Source: Rebecca billardiae RCC1528 (lineage: Eukaryota; Protista; Haptophyta). From it: 64,000 bases of DNA. A model generated the notes under the pieces. That model did not search any database. It was given only the letters and a program-made list of their open reading frames with translations, and was not told where the DNA came from. Positions 1-12,800 of the stretch are shown one piece after another; the stretch's first letter is position 1; each line of letters starts with the position of its first letter. The stretch is from the NCBI GenBank assembly GCA_965240325.2, contig OZ251235.1, positions 1,302,001 to 1,366,000 of the forward strand. Direction: 5' to 3'. The position numbers and the translations under genes were made by a program.

Positions 1-1022
1 TCTGCTCGGTAAGGTCGCTGGCTGTCTGTGTGGCCCGGCTCCCCGCCTGATCGTTCGGCGGCGCGACGTCATCATCTGTCTTCGCCGCGTCGCCCCTCAT
101 GCAATGGTCTCTTGCTCTCGCCGCTGTCGCGTCAACCCGCACGCTTCATCGTTTGAGATACGCGCTCGCCTCGCGCCCGTGCGTCGCGCGGGTGCGGCGC
201 ACTCTGACGCGTGTCTGCTCGCCGCGCGTCGCGATCGATCGTGCGCGCGCGGCCGCGCAGTCCTCGTCTCTTCTATTTCTAAACGGGATTCATCAACGAC
301 TACTTGGACGCCCGCTCCAACTTATAAACGGGACTCGCGGGCGCCCTCTCGACCTCGGGCAGCAGCTCAACCGCCACGCCGCTGCCAGCGCCCGCTGTCG
401 TTCGTTGCTCAAATCCCAACATAGCTAACCTGATCGTTCCATGATTGATCATTGTGGTCTGTCTACTCCACGACGCCGCGCGCCGCGACCATCCAGCTCC
501 AGAGTCCATTCGTACCCGACGCCTTGTACGAGCCGGGCATGGCGGAGTGGCTAGACGTGGCGTTATAGGGAACCTATAACTGAGTGTCTATGAGCGACGC
601 CAAGAATCCGGCTCGCACGGCATTCCTGCGTTGTCCTGTGCGCACCGCCGCGCGCAGGAGTCCTGGTGCGCTGCCAATCTGGCCCACAGCGGCGCACCTG
701 CAGGACTCGGTTGGTTACCGCTCACATCGGATCGATCAGGCTTCACTCTCGGGGGCGCCATGGGGCTGCTCACGACGAAGGCGCCGAGCTGGGCAAGGGA
801 ATCGCCTGCATCGGGCACTGCCGGGTGCACGCTCCGCTGCAGGAGGTGCACCGCAGTCGCCGCAGCCCCTCTGCTCGGTAAGGTCGCTGGCTGTCTGTGT
901 GGCCCGGCTCCCCGCCTGATCGTTCGGCGGCGCGACGTCATCATCTGTCTTCGCCGCGTCGCCCCTCATGCAATGGTCTCTTGCTCTCGCCGCTGTCGCG
1001 TCAACCCGCACGCTTCATCGTT
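1..1022 (+). repeat. Direct repeat pair (1-153 = 870-1022); probable split-repeat 3' end of a second YR retroelement, joined into the RT of the next element
   Basis: Bases 1-153 recur at 870-1022 (the first copy may extend off-window). A hairpin motif at 555-587 is shared with 5140-5172. The repeat ends immediately before the RT-like QLRLFSGDCFTDD coding sequence. Confidence 0.6.
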
Positions 1023-3827
1023 CAGCTGCGCCTCTTCAGCGGCGACTGCTTCACGGACGACACCAACTTCTCCATCGTCGGCGTGGACAGAACGGTGCGC
1101 TTTCTCTCCGTCTGGCACCGCGTCACCACCAGCCTCGGCCTGCTCATGGCCATCCCTGAGAAGCGCCAGATCGGCCAGTCCGCGCTCTGGCTCGGCTGTG
1201 ACTTTGTCGTCTGCGCTGGCATCCTCGCGGTGCCGCCGGCCAAGATCCTGCGCGCTCTCGTCATCCTGGACGACTTGTTGGCGAGCAGGCCGGTGCCCTT
1301 CTCCACCTTTCGCGCGCTCGTCGGTCTGCTCGAGCACTTCCGCCCGCTCACGCCGGCGAACCGCACGTTCTTCTACGGCCTTTACGCGCACTTCGGCGAG
1401 CTCGGCCGCCACCCCGCGCGGCCGGTGCCCATCACCGCCGCGCTCCGCGCCGCGTGCGCGCGCTGGGCCGAGCTCCTGCGCTCCACCGCGGGCGTGCTCT
1501 TCTCCGACGCGCTGCCGGTCCCCGCGACCCGCCGGCACCTGCCGGCCGCGGCGCCGCCTGCGTTCGTGCTCTTCTCGGACGCCGCCAAGGATGGCGCGCG
1601 CGTGCCGTCGCTGGGGGGCTACGCCCACGGGCTCTGCTGGAGCCTGCCCTTGCGCGCGTCGGACCTCGCTCTGCCGGTGGTCGCGCTCGAGTTCGTCGCG
1701 CTGTTCGCCAACGTGCTGATCTTCGCGCCGCGCATTGCAGGCGCCGTCATCCGGCTGCGCACCGACAGCTCTGTCACCGACCACATCCTCCACAACCTGT
1801 CCGCGCACTCCCCGCTGCTGCAGCACGCGCACCTCGCGCTGCTCGACACCCCGGAATGGCGAGCGATCGCCGACCTGACCGACTCGGAGTTCCTCCTCTC
1901 TGAGATGAACCCGTTGGCGGACGCTGCCAGCCGCGGCGAGTTTGGCGTCCTCGAGCGCCTGTGCGCCCAGCTCGGCCTACGCCCGACGTGGCTCGCGGTG
2001 CCCATCGTGCGCGTGCAGGCGCTGCTTGACGAGCTCGTCGCGCTGCTCTCGCGTCCGCTCGTCCTCGCTGCCGACCCGCCCATGCCGCTGCGCGGTGAGC
2101 GCGTGGGCGAGGCACGCAACCCGGGGCCGGTGTGGCGGCGCCAGCCAGTCGGTGGCGCGCCGCCCGCGGCGGGCGCCCCTCGCAGCGGCGAGGACGCAGC
2201 GGCATCGGCAGCCCGCGAGTCGCGCAGCACAGGATGGCGGCGGCCGCCGCCCGACGCGCTCTCTCGGCAGTCGCGCTCGCGGCCGGATCTGGCCCTCGCG
2301 CCGGCGCAGGCGCCGGCTCTGCGGGCAGGTGCGCTCTGGCGACGCGGTGCGCATCTCTCGCTTAGCCAGCAGCAGCGGCCCCCCGGCGGCGCCGCGCCCT
2401 CGGGTCAGCCGCCGGCGGTCGTGTGCGCGTATGCTGCTAGCGCGCGCTTCGACTTGCGGCCCCTGCCCGTGCGGCTCTCCTCCGACCCGGCTGCGCCCTC
2501 GCCCGACGGTTTGCCGGCGCTGCCGCCGCCGCCGTTCGGAGGCACCTCGCCGCTCGCGCTCCACCCGGCCGAACCGCTGGCGGCGGCGCGCCTCCACGCC
2601 TCGCTCGCGCGCGCCGCGGCGGCGGCGGCGCCAGTCAACACGCAGGCCAAGGACGCGACGGACTGGCGGCGCTGGTTGGCGTACTGCGCGCTGATGGGCA
2701 CGCCGCCGCTGCGCACCGATGCGGCTGCTAACTCGGGCGCGGACTCGGTAGGCTTCCAGCGCGAGAGTTTCCTCCTCGCCTCGTTCCTCATCCACACGTA
2801 CGAGCGCATGCGGCCGCGCCGCCACTCCGACCCGGGCGCGCGCCCGCAGAGCGCCTTCTCTGTCGTGCAGACGGTGCGCCGTGTCCACCGCAACACAGCC
2901 AACATCGAGCTCGTGCGCGCGCCGCTCATCAAGCGCGTGCTCGCGGGGATGCTGCGCGAGTTCGTGCGTCGCCACGGCTCTGAGGCGCTCCTCCCGCAGC
3001 GCAAGGAGCCGCTGGGGGCCCAGCACCTCCGCGACATCTTTGCGCGCGCCGGCGGCGCGCGCGTGGCGGGGCGCATTGTCGACTGGCGTGATCCATTCTG
3101 GATCGGCATGCGGGCGTTGCTCGTCACGCTCTACTTCGGCGCGCTGCGCAAGGCGGAGGTCGCGACTGCGGACAACGACTCGTTTCACGCCGGCTGCCTA
3201 TCGCGGGCGTCGCTCACTTGGCGGCTGGGCGGCGTCCTCGTCGCGATGCCTTCCGCGCAGCAGCTGCGCGCGCGCGCGCGCGGGGATTTCGCAGTGCTTC
3301 GCCCGCCGTGCTCCAAAAGCGACGCCTTTGGCGACGTCTATGGCGCCGATCCGATCTACCTGCCCGTGCTCCCCGGCGATGCGCTCGATCCCGGTGGCGC
3401 TCTCGCCGAGCACGTGCTAGCCGACCCGGTCGCGCAGGGCGCGCAAGCGTCCACGCCGCTCTTCTGCTCGGCGCCAGGCTCGCGCGCGCCGCTGCGGCAC
3501 CAGCTCGTCGACAGCGTGGTCGACGGGCTGCTCTGCGCCATCATGCAGCCAGCTGACGCACGAAAGTACTCGGCGCACAGCTTCCGCATCGGCGCCGCCT
3601 GCGCTCTTCTCTCGGGAGGCGCCTCCAGGGACCTCATCCAGCGCATCTGCCGGTGGCGTTCGGACGAGTGCCCCCGCATCTACGCGCGTCTGACCGCCGA
3701 GATGTACGCGCAGCAAGTGCTTCGGATGGCTTCCTCGCCGGTGCACAGTCGCTTTGCGGCGGACCTCCCGCCCATCGACAACGACGATATCGCCGGCGGC
3801 GTGAGCATACTCCTCGGCTCGCAGTAG
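1023..3827 (+). CDS. RT C-terminal half + RNase H + tyrosine recombinase polyprotein (N-terminally truncated; ORF track 897-3827)
   Basis: RT FTDD (1050-1061) and WLG motif. RNase H acidic motifs FSDA, LEF, RTDS and NPLADAASRG. YR catalytic set GALRKAE, SKSD, AHSFRIG, CRWRS, IYAR. Confidence 0.9.
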   Translation, partial: QLRLFSGDCFTDDTNFSIVGVDRTVRFLSVWHRVTTSLGLLMAIPEKRQIGQSALWLGCDFVVCAGILAVPPAKILRALVILDDLLASRPVPFSTFRALVGLLEHFRPLTPANRTFFYGLYAHFGELGRHPARPVPITAALRAACARWAELLRSTAGVLFSDALPVPATRRHLPAAAPPAFVLFSDAAKDGARVPSLGGYAHGLCWSLPLRASDLALPVVALEFVALFANVLIFAPRIAGAVIRLRTDSSVTDHILHNLSAHSPLLQHAHLALLDTPEWRAIADLTDSEFLLSEMNPLADAASRGEFGVLERLCAQLGLRPTWLAVPIVRVQALLDELVALLSRPLVLAADPPMPLRGERVGEARNPGPVWRRQPVGGAPPAAGAPRSGEDAAASAARESRSTGWRRPPPDALSRQSRSRPDLALAPAQAPALRAGALWRRGAHLSLSQQQRPPGGAAPSGQPPAVVCAYAASARFDLRPLPVRLSSDPAAPSPDGLPALPPPPFGGTSPLALHPAEPLAAARLHASLARAAAAAAPVNTQAKDATDWRRWLAYCALMGTPPLRTDAAANSGADSVGFQRESFLLASFLIHTYERMRPRRHSDPGARPQSAFSVVQTVRRVHRNTANIELVRAPLIKRVLAGMLREFVRRHGSEALLPQRKEPLGAQHLRDIFARAGGARVAGRIVDWRDPFWIGMRALLVTLYFGALRKAEVATADNDSFHAGCLSRASLTWRLGGVLVAMPSAQQLRARARGDFAVLRPPCSKSDAFGDVYGADPIYLPVLPGDALDPGGALAEHVLADPVAQGAQASTPLFCSAPGSRAPLRHQLVDSVVDGLLCAIMQPADARKYSAHSFRIGAACALLSGGASRDLIQRICRWRSDECPRIYARLTAEMYAQQVLRMASSPVHSRFAADLPPIDNDDIAGGVSILLGSQ

Positions 3828-3898
3828 GCCCTGTCGATGCAGGCAGCTTTTCGCTCGTCGTCCTGTCCCGCGGCCGCTGCTGGCATGAGTGTGCAACA

Positions 3899-4590
3899 GG
3901 GGGCAGCCCCATCGCGGCTGCCCCGGGCTTCCAGCCCGACTGACCAGTGGTGATCCGGTTTCGCTGCCTGCGTTTGCAGCGATGGGCAGCCCCTTCGCGG
4001 CTGTCCCGGGCTTCTCAGCCCGACCGGCTGGTGGATGATCCAGTTCCGCAGCATTCATTTGCAGCGGGGGGCAGCCCCATCGCGGCTGTCCCTGGCTTCT
4101 CAGCCCGACTGGCCTGATTCCTTCCGCACACACCTACTGGCTGGCGGGTCGTGTCGTATCGACCGACCAGTGGTGATCCGGTTTCGCAGCATTCGCTTGC
4201 AGCGGGGGGCAGCCCCTTCGCGGCTGTCCCGGGCTTCTCAGCCCGACCGGCTGGTGGATGATCCAGTTCCGCAGCATTCGTTTGCAGCGGGGGGCAGCCC
4301 CATCGCGGCTGTCCCTGGCTTCTCAGCCCGACTGGCCTGATTCCTTCCGCACACACCTACTGGCTGGCGGGTCGTGTCACATCGACCGACCAGTGGTGAT
4401 CCAGTCTCGCTGCATGCGTTTGCAGCGGGGGGCAGCCCCATCGCGGCTGTCCCGGGCTTCTTGGCCCGACCGGCTGGTGGATGATCCAGTTCCGCTGCAT
4501 TCGTTTGCAGAGCGGGGGGCAGTCCCATCGAGGCTGTCCCGGGCTTCTCAGCCCGACTGGCCTGATTCCTTCCGCATACACCTACTGGCC
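3899..4590. repeat. Hairpin-rich higher-order tandem array (about 223-bp period, 7 copies of an approx. 43-bp core)
   Basis: Core GGGGCAGCCCCWTCGCGGCTGYCCCKGGCTTCTCAGCCCGAC at about 3899, 3984, 4067, 4205, 4290, 4428 and 4515. Confidence 0.9.
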
Positions 4591-4877
4591 CGGCGTGGGT
4601 TGTGTGCCAACGCGCTATGCGTGTGCGTGTGCCCTGCACGTGTACAGGTGTCTCAACCCAACGCCCTGGCTAACTCCCCACCCACCAACAAAAAACAAAC
4701 AAAAAAAACACCCCCCCCCCCCAACCAACAAAACGACGCCGCATCGCCGTCGAATTTCTGCTGCTCGCTGCGCTTCCTCATCATTGGCTTCATGACCATG
4801 TCCCCTGTCGCCCACCTCCATCCTGCTGCGTCGTCCTCATCATCACATCAACGGGATCACTCCTGCTCACAAACAAC

Positions 4878-5940
4878 GGGACCTTGCTGCCACGCTGGCG
4901 CAGTCTGCGCGCAGCTTTGGCACCGTCGGCTCAGTCGCTCTTCCCGTTCAGCCAGGGACAAATCCCCACCTTGCGCAAGTATATATATACATCACCATTT
5001 CTGCATGGCGTGTATCATCGGCATTTGCTGCATGCTCACACATGTGCTGCAATACCTGCCCTCGCATGCACATCACGCAGATTGTGGGTGATGTTCGTCC
5101 ATACTCAATGGCGTCGCGTCGCTTTCTATGCAGGAGGACACGTGGCGTTATAACGGAGTTATAACCGAGTGTGTCGGGAGGCTGGAAAGGCGACGCGCAG
5201 CTGGTGGACAAGGGCCGCCATCGTCTTCTAGGTCCTGCAGGTAGTTGTAGCCGATTTCCGGAGCTCATCGGCCACGGAGCTATCCTTTATCATCATCATG
5301 GCGGCCGCTGGTCCTTTCATATCGGCCAACCACACTGGCTCCTCTATAAGTACCCGCTCCGCTCCACTATCCGGCGCTCGAGATCATATCCAAGATCATC
5401 TTAAGTCGGCATGGCAACGTATTACCAAAGTTCATCAAGCAGCCCACCTATCAGAGCTCGCTCGATCATCGGTTACACGACCTTTCCGCTTTCGGGCCAA
5501 GCTGCTCATCTCTAGGCCACCGCTGCTTGCCTGCGCATCGCCATCAGCAAAGCCCGAGGTCTCATCTCCTCTGCGTTCCTTGCTTGTGCTCGTTGCGAAA
5601 CCCGCCATCCGCCCCTGCAGCCTCCGTTGTGGTTGACGACCTTGTCGTCAGGCCTGTGAGTGCTGAGCTTGCCTGAGCCAGGGACCTTGCTGCCACGCTG
5701 GCGCAGTCTGCGCGCAGCTTTGGCACCGTCGGCTCAGTCGCTCTTCCCGTTCAGCCAGGGACAAATCCCCACCATGCGCAAGTATATATATACATCACCA
5801 TTTCTGCATGGCGTGTATCATCGGCATTTGCTGCATGCTCACACATGTGCTGCAATACCTGCCCTCGCATGCACATCACGCAGATTGTGGGTGATGTTCG
5901 TCCATACTCAATGGCGTCGCGTCGCTTTCTATGCAGGAGG

Positions 5941-5944
<4 letters not shown>
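4878..5944 (+). repeat. 264-bp direct repeat (4878-5141 and 5681-5944) separated by a 539-bp segment
   Basis: Near-identical copies running GGGACCTTGCTGCC...GGAGGACAC. Confidence 0.92.
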
Positions 5945-7490
<1,546 letters not shown>

Positions 7491-7527
7491 ATGACACTGT
7501 ATATATATATATGTATTGACCTAATAT

Positions 7528-9259
7528 GACCGCGTTCCGCGGTCTTTTTCCGTAGAACGAACGTAGTTCGGGGCCCGCGGCGCACCCTCCGTCGGCTGCT
7601 GTCTCAGTCTGACATGTGTAACAGTTCGCCTGAGCTGCCACCGCCAACTCAGTCACTGCCGCCCACCGGGCCGGCGGGCCGAGGACTGTCGCCGCGGGTC
7701 CGCGGGCCGCCGCGGGGACTAGCGGCCGGCGCGCGCGCGCAGGCAGGCCGGGCGAGAGGCGCTGGCGCGGCGCGAGCCGGCGCGTGCGCGCGAGCGGGCG
7801 CACCTGCTTGAGGTACTCGCCCTGCGCCATGCGCTCGACGACGGGCCGCTGGTCGCTCGTGCCGGCAGAGCGAGAGCGCGCGCCACTGCTGGCCCCGGCC
7901 TGCCGGCTGCGCAGCCTCGCACCGAGACCGACCGAGCGGAGCTCGGGGCGGTGGAACGAGGCGAGCGGCGCGTCGCGCCTGCCGCCGCGCGTGCGCGCCT
8001 GCTCCACCGCGCCGCCGTGCTCGCCCGCCGCCTCCTCCGCCGCGTCGGCCTCGAAGACGGCGGCTGCCAGCGGCAGGCTGAGCCGCGCGCCGGCTCACTC
8101 ACACTGTGAGTCACACCCGCGGTCGCCTCGACGGCCAACTATCCACAGCTGCTCGAGCTGCTGGAGGGCGCCGCGACGATGGCGGCGCGGGCGCCCAGCG
8201 CGTCCGTTGCCGCGTCGCTCAGCTCGTCGAGCTCGGCGCCGCACTTCGCCAGCTTGGCGCCTAGCGCCTCCGCGTGTCACGTGCTCGTGCACGTCAGCCT
8301 GCTGATACGCCGCCGCCCATCGGCACTTCTGGCATCTGCGCGCGCAGCTGCTGCAGCTCGACGGCGGAGTCGTCGCGGCTGGCGGCGAGGGTGCGCACCG
8401 CGTCGATTGCCGAGGCCTGCAGCCCGGTGATCGCCGCGTCGACGCGCGCGGCGATTTCCCCACGCAGCTCCTCGCGCCACGTGGCCGCCGCTCGCGTGGC
8501 AGGCAGCTGGGCACCGCTGCGCGACCCGGAACCGGCGCGCGTTTCACTGATGCTCCTGCTCGTCCTCACGCTGCTGCACCTCCGCGCCGCCGTCGACCGA
8601 GTTGAGGAGGAGCTCGCGCTCGGCGTCGAGGCGCGAGCTCGCGTGCTCGAGCTCGCCCTTCAGCCGCGCGAGCTCCGGGCGGCATCCGGCTCATCAGCTC
8701 TGTCGCGCCGCTCGCTCGCAGCGGCGCGCTCTGCTCCGGGCGGCGAGCGACGAGCTCGCGTGCTCCGGACTCGGCTCGCCCTTGCGCGCTGCTCCTCGAG
8801 TGACGAACGCGCCCGCGGGCAGGTTGTTGCCCGTCGCCCCCGCCGCGATCTCGCCGCCCCCGCCGCGATCTCGTCGCGCATGCTCCGTGGCCGTGCGCAG
8901 CGCGACGCAACTGGTGCGCGCGCTCCGTGTCTGGCGCGCGCCTAGTAGTAGTAGCGGCAGCGAGGCTTGTTTTACTATGGTCATGTGCTTATTTACTATG
9001 GTCACAGTCTACCCACAATTACCCACCCTCGCACACTTGGACGTGGGTTTCGTTGATTCCTCTGGATACAAACAAGCCGGACGTGCCCATTTCTCGCTAA
9101 TGGATGTCTCTTTGCGGTCTCAAAATTCGAAATTCGGTCTCCTCCAGCCCTGAAAATCGTCCCCCGTCCCTTTTTTCTTTGATCAAAGATCTTTTTGAAA
9201 CGTGGTTAGTGCCCACGGAGCGGGCTCCACGCTGCGCGCTCCGCCCTGCACCGCGGGCC
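7528..9259. mobile_element. Non-autonomous element, copy 2
   Basis: Same termini and AT flanks as copy 1. Minus-strand helical coding remnants (WREELRGEIAARVDAAITGLQ...ELQQLRAQM) are broken by stops and frameshifts. Confidence 0.65.
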
Positions 9260-9802
9260 ATTATTATAAAGCCTCTCATTCCCAGTCCCTCATATATATA
9301 TTATCTATCGTACCCGAGCAATAGGACTAGTAGCGGAGTCCGAGGCCAGCTGCAGGCGCAGGTCCGAAATCCGAATCAGATCATGTGTGGTGATGCACGT
9401 ACGTCGCCAGCATGGCCATTCGAGAGCCGTAACCGTAAATACCGTTGACTCGGTCGGCCTGTGACTGTGTAATCTGTTTGACTGTTATTCTATAACGGTT
9501 ACTGCTTAGACACGGTATCTCATCAATAAGTCACTGACTGAATGCGTGGTAACTGAACTCTCAAACTCAGACTGAGTCCTCGTAGAATCAGTCCGTACTA
9601 TACCTAGATTACAGTAACCGTGATTCCCACGTCTGGGAGTAGCTTAGGTACTGATTACTTTGTAAATATATATTATAAATAATACGTCGTTAGTATCTGA
9701 TAACACTTAACTAACAGGAAAGACAGCATCACCGTTGTTTATGATACAGGCAATCGCGGGCAATATGTCTGAGCTGTCACGTTAAGAAACTGGGGCTTGC
9801 TA

Positions 9803-12800
9803 CAGTTTACTATGAATAAGAGACGCACACAGCTCAGGCAGGCGAGATTGACGCCCGTACAGTAGGCGCACGGTCAGTGCCTCGCGAGTCAATGACTAAT
9901 GACAATTAACTGTCGGCGGCCGATGAACAGCTAGTCCCGAGTCCGGGGCCGCAGCTACCGGGCGGCCTGGTGTGAGTGGTGTCGGTGACTCGGCTTCAAT
10001 CAGATACAGTTGGCTAAGAATATGATACGCACACAGCTCAGGCAGGCGAGATTACAGTATGCCATATTGGCGATTGCCGCTAGCTGACCTCGAGTCCCGG
10101 ATCCGCATTCTGCGGCATCCGGCGGCGCACAGGCATTGCACAGTGGACCGACCGGACATCGCGTTTGCAACCGATATCTGCGGGTGATCGGCGATCCGTG
10201 CAGCAGCCCGACCGTTCACCATCGGAGTTCGGTCCGCCTTCAAAGTAGTTCACAAATACAACCGGCACTATGGCGGACTGGTCTGCGTGGAACCGTCACG
10301 AACGGTCTGCGGCCGGGGTCCGGGCTCCTCAAGCCACGCGGTTGAGCGCGGTGGTCCTCTGACCTGCAGTGGTGCGACGTGGTAAGCTTCTAGGCGGCTT
10401 GCAATCCATGCCATGAGCGCCCCACAACCGACGATTCTGCCGCCCCCTGGTGCACTTTGCCGGTTTGCCGCGGCATGCAGTGGTGCAACACCCGCGCATG
10501 CGAGTTCTGAGTTCAGTCAGTTTGCTCCTGCGGACAGCGGAATTCGGTCGAGTCGGGCCGCAGATCAGCAGAGTGCATACGCAGCCTGATGGCGTCCAAA
10601 GTAGTGGTGCATCACTCCACGCGCTCTGGGGCTGCACGGCTTCGCCGCGCGAGGCGGCGAGCTCGTATTCGCCCGGGTTATTCGTCCCTGTCCATGACCG
10701 GAGGAGGAGGACGGGGTGGGGTCCTGGTGCGTCCACTGAATGACCGCAGCGCCGCCGCTGATTCGGCAAGCAGTCAAAACAAACCGCGCCAAATTTCTTT
10801 TCAAAAAGAGGCCTCGGCCCGAGAAGAATATCCAGAATATAATACGGTTACCAGCGGTTACAGCTGGTAACCATGTTATCATGGAACGGATAGCTAAGAA
10901 AAGTGGGTGCTAACCGCACCTGTGATGGCTAGAAACCGCAAACAACCCGGCCGGACCCAAAAATGTAGCTCTCCCAAAATCTCGATGGGATCTTGCGATT
11001 TTTCAGGCTGGAGAGTAACCCCGCGAGATGTTTCAACCGCTACCTATCCAACGCTCCATTCGTTCCCGATTTTCCCACAAAGACCGGATTCTGAATATTT
11101 GTTACAACATGAGCACGAGCCGGACTCCCCCGTCTTCAGCGCACTAGCAATCAATACAACTTTCCGGTCAGCATCGAGTCTGAAATCTAGCCGCCGCCCA
11201 GGATTTTGTTAGCTCCCGGTTGTCTCGCCAATCTCGCAAAGCAGGCGCACCCAAGGACGCGGCTTGATCTTGATCAATTGTCGCGCGAGCTGCTTGATCG
11301 CAATTTGCCTCATCGATCAAGCCGTCCGGGGACCGCCCGGGGAGGACCCCCCTCGGGCTGCGCTCCTCGAAAGGAAGCAAAGACTCATCCCCGCCCACGA
11401 GCACAGCACCCCCTTTCCCAACTCCGCCGCCGCCCTCTTCCTGCGCCATGCTCGTCGAGGGGACGCCGGTGATCTGCGCCCAGCCGAGCACGAACAGCCT
11501 CAGCGCTGCGTACACGCTCCAGTCCCTCGGCAGCCACCCCGGCATGCACCCCGGCGCCGTGCAGGCCGTCGCGTATGAGGTGCGCGGCCGCACCGCGTCT
11601 GCGCAACGCAGCCCGCGCGCAGATGGGGGGGGGACCACGGCGCTGACGCGCGCGCCGCCCTCCCGCGCGCTGCTTGGCGCGTCGCACACAGCCACGCGCG
11701 CAGGTCCACCACGAGTACGACCACGCGCAGCCGCCCCCTCCGCCGCCCCAGATGGTCGCGCAGCCGTACGAGATGCACCACCACCACCATGCGCCCGCGC
11801 CGCCGCCGCCCCAGCACGTGGGCATGATGCCGACGTACCAGTACATGCCGGCGGAGGGCATGCACCACCCGCAGGGCATGATGATGCCGCCGCCGCCGCC
11901 GCCGATGCAGTACGTCCCGGCCCCGCAGCACCAGACCCACGCGGCGGCGCAGCCGTACCACCACGAGCAGCAGCAGCACCACATGGTGCCGGCGACGTAC
12001 ATCAACGTCGAGCTCATGCACCCCCGGCCGGACGGCCGGATCGACGGCGCCCCGCTCAAGACCGCGCCGTGGACGGCCGCCGAGGACCACATCATCTCCG
12101 AGGCCGTCGCGCGCTTCGGGTGCAAGTGGCACGTCATCTGCACCCTCGTCCCCGGCCGCACGGTCGCTTCCGTGCGCAACCGCTGGCACCGGCTTGCCAA
12201 GGCGCGCCGCAGCGAGCCGGTCGTGCCGACGAACGGGAGCTACCGCTGTGGCCGGTGCGGCCAGCCGAAGCGCGGCCACGTCTGCCGCGCGGCGGTTGGA
12301 ATCGACCCGCACCGCCTTGCCGTCGCCCGGGAAATGATGGAGCGCCTCAGCCACGTCACGGAGCAGCAGCAGGCCGCGCTCTCGTGAGACTGAGAGTCGT
12401 GAGTCGTGACCGTCACGGCGCAGCTGCGTTCGGCCACCGGCCGTGACACGGCCCTCGGGCCCTGTGGCCGCGGCGGACCAGGCCGCGCTTGACACTTTAG
12501 TACTGAGTCGACGTGGCCATCGCGCGAGGCCCGGCCGCCTCAGATTAGGATCATCTTCGCTTCTCAACAGATTTGTCGTCGCGACGTCACTGACTCAGCG
12601 GCTCGGCTGCCGCCGCAGTGTGATTCTGATGACCTGGTCCGTGACGGCTTCTCGCACCTCATCATGCTGTTCCTGCCGCCGCGCGAATGTTGATACGGTT
12701 TTTCGTCAGGTTAGGTCCATGCTCAGATTCGTTCGCCGACTCGGCCCCAAAGGCCCAAACGCTCGGGCCAACTTTGTTTTAATTCATCATTAGTATGACC

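Noticed and set aside
154-1024. TG...CA solo LTR
   Set aside because: The upstream repeat copy lacks the CA, the CAG fits the RT frame, and no TSD is seen.
3899-4590. CRISPR array or hammerhead-ribozyme (retrozyme) array
   Set aside because: The linkers repeat instead of being unique, and there are no cas genes. The minus strand has GAAAC..GTC with a stem III, but the core is CTGAGAA rather than CTGANGA and stem I cannot form.
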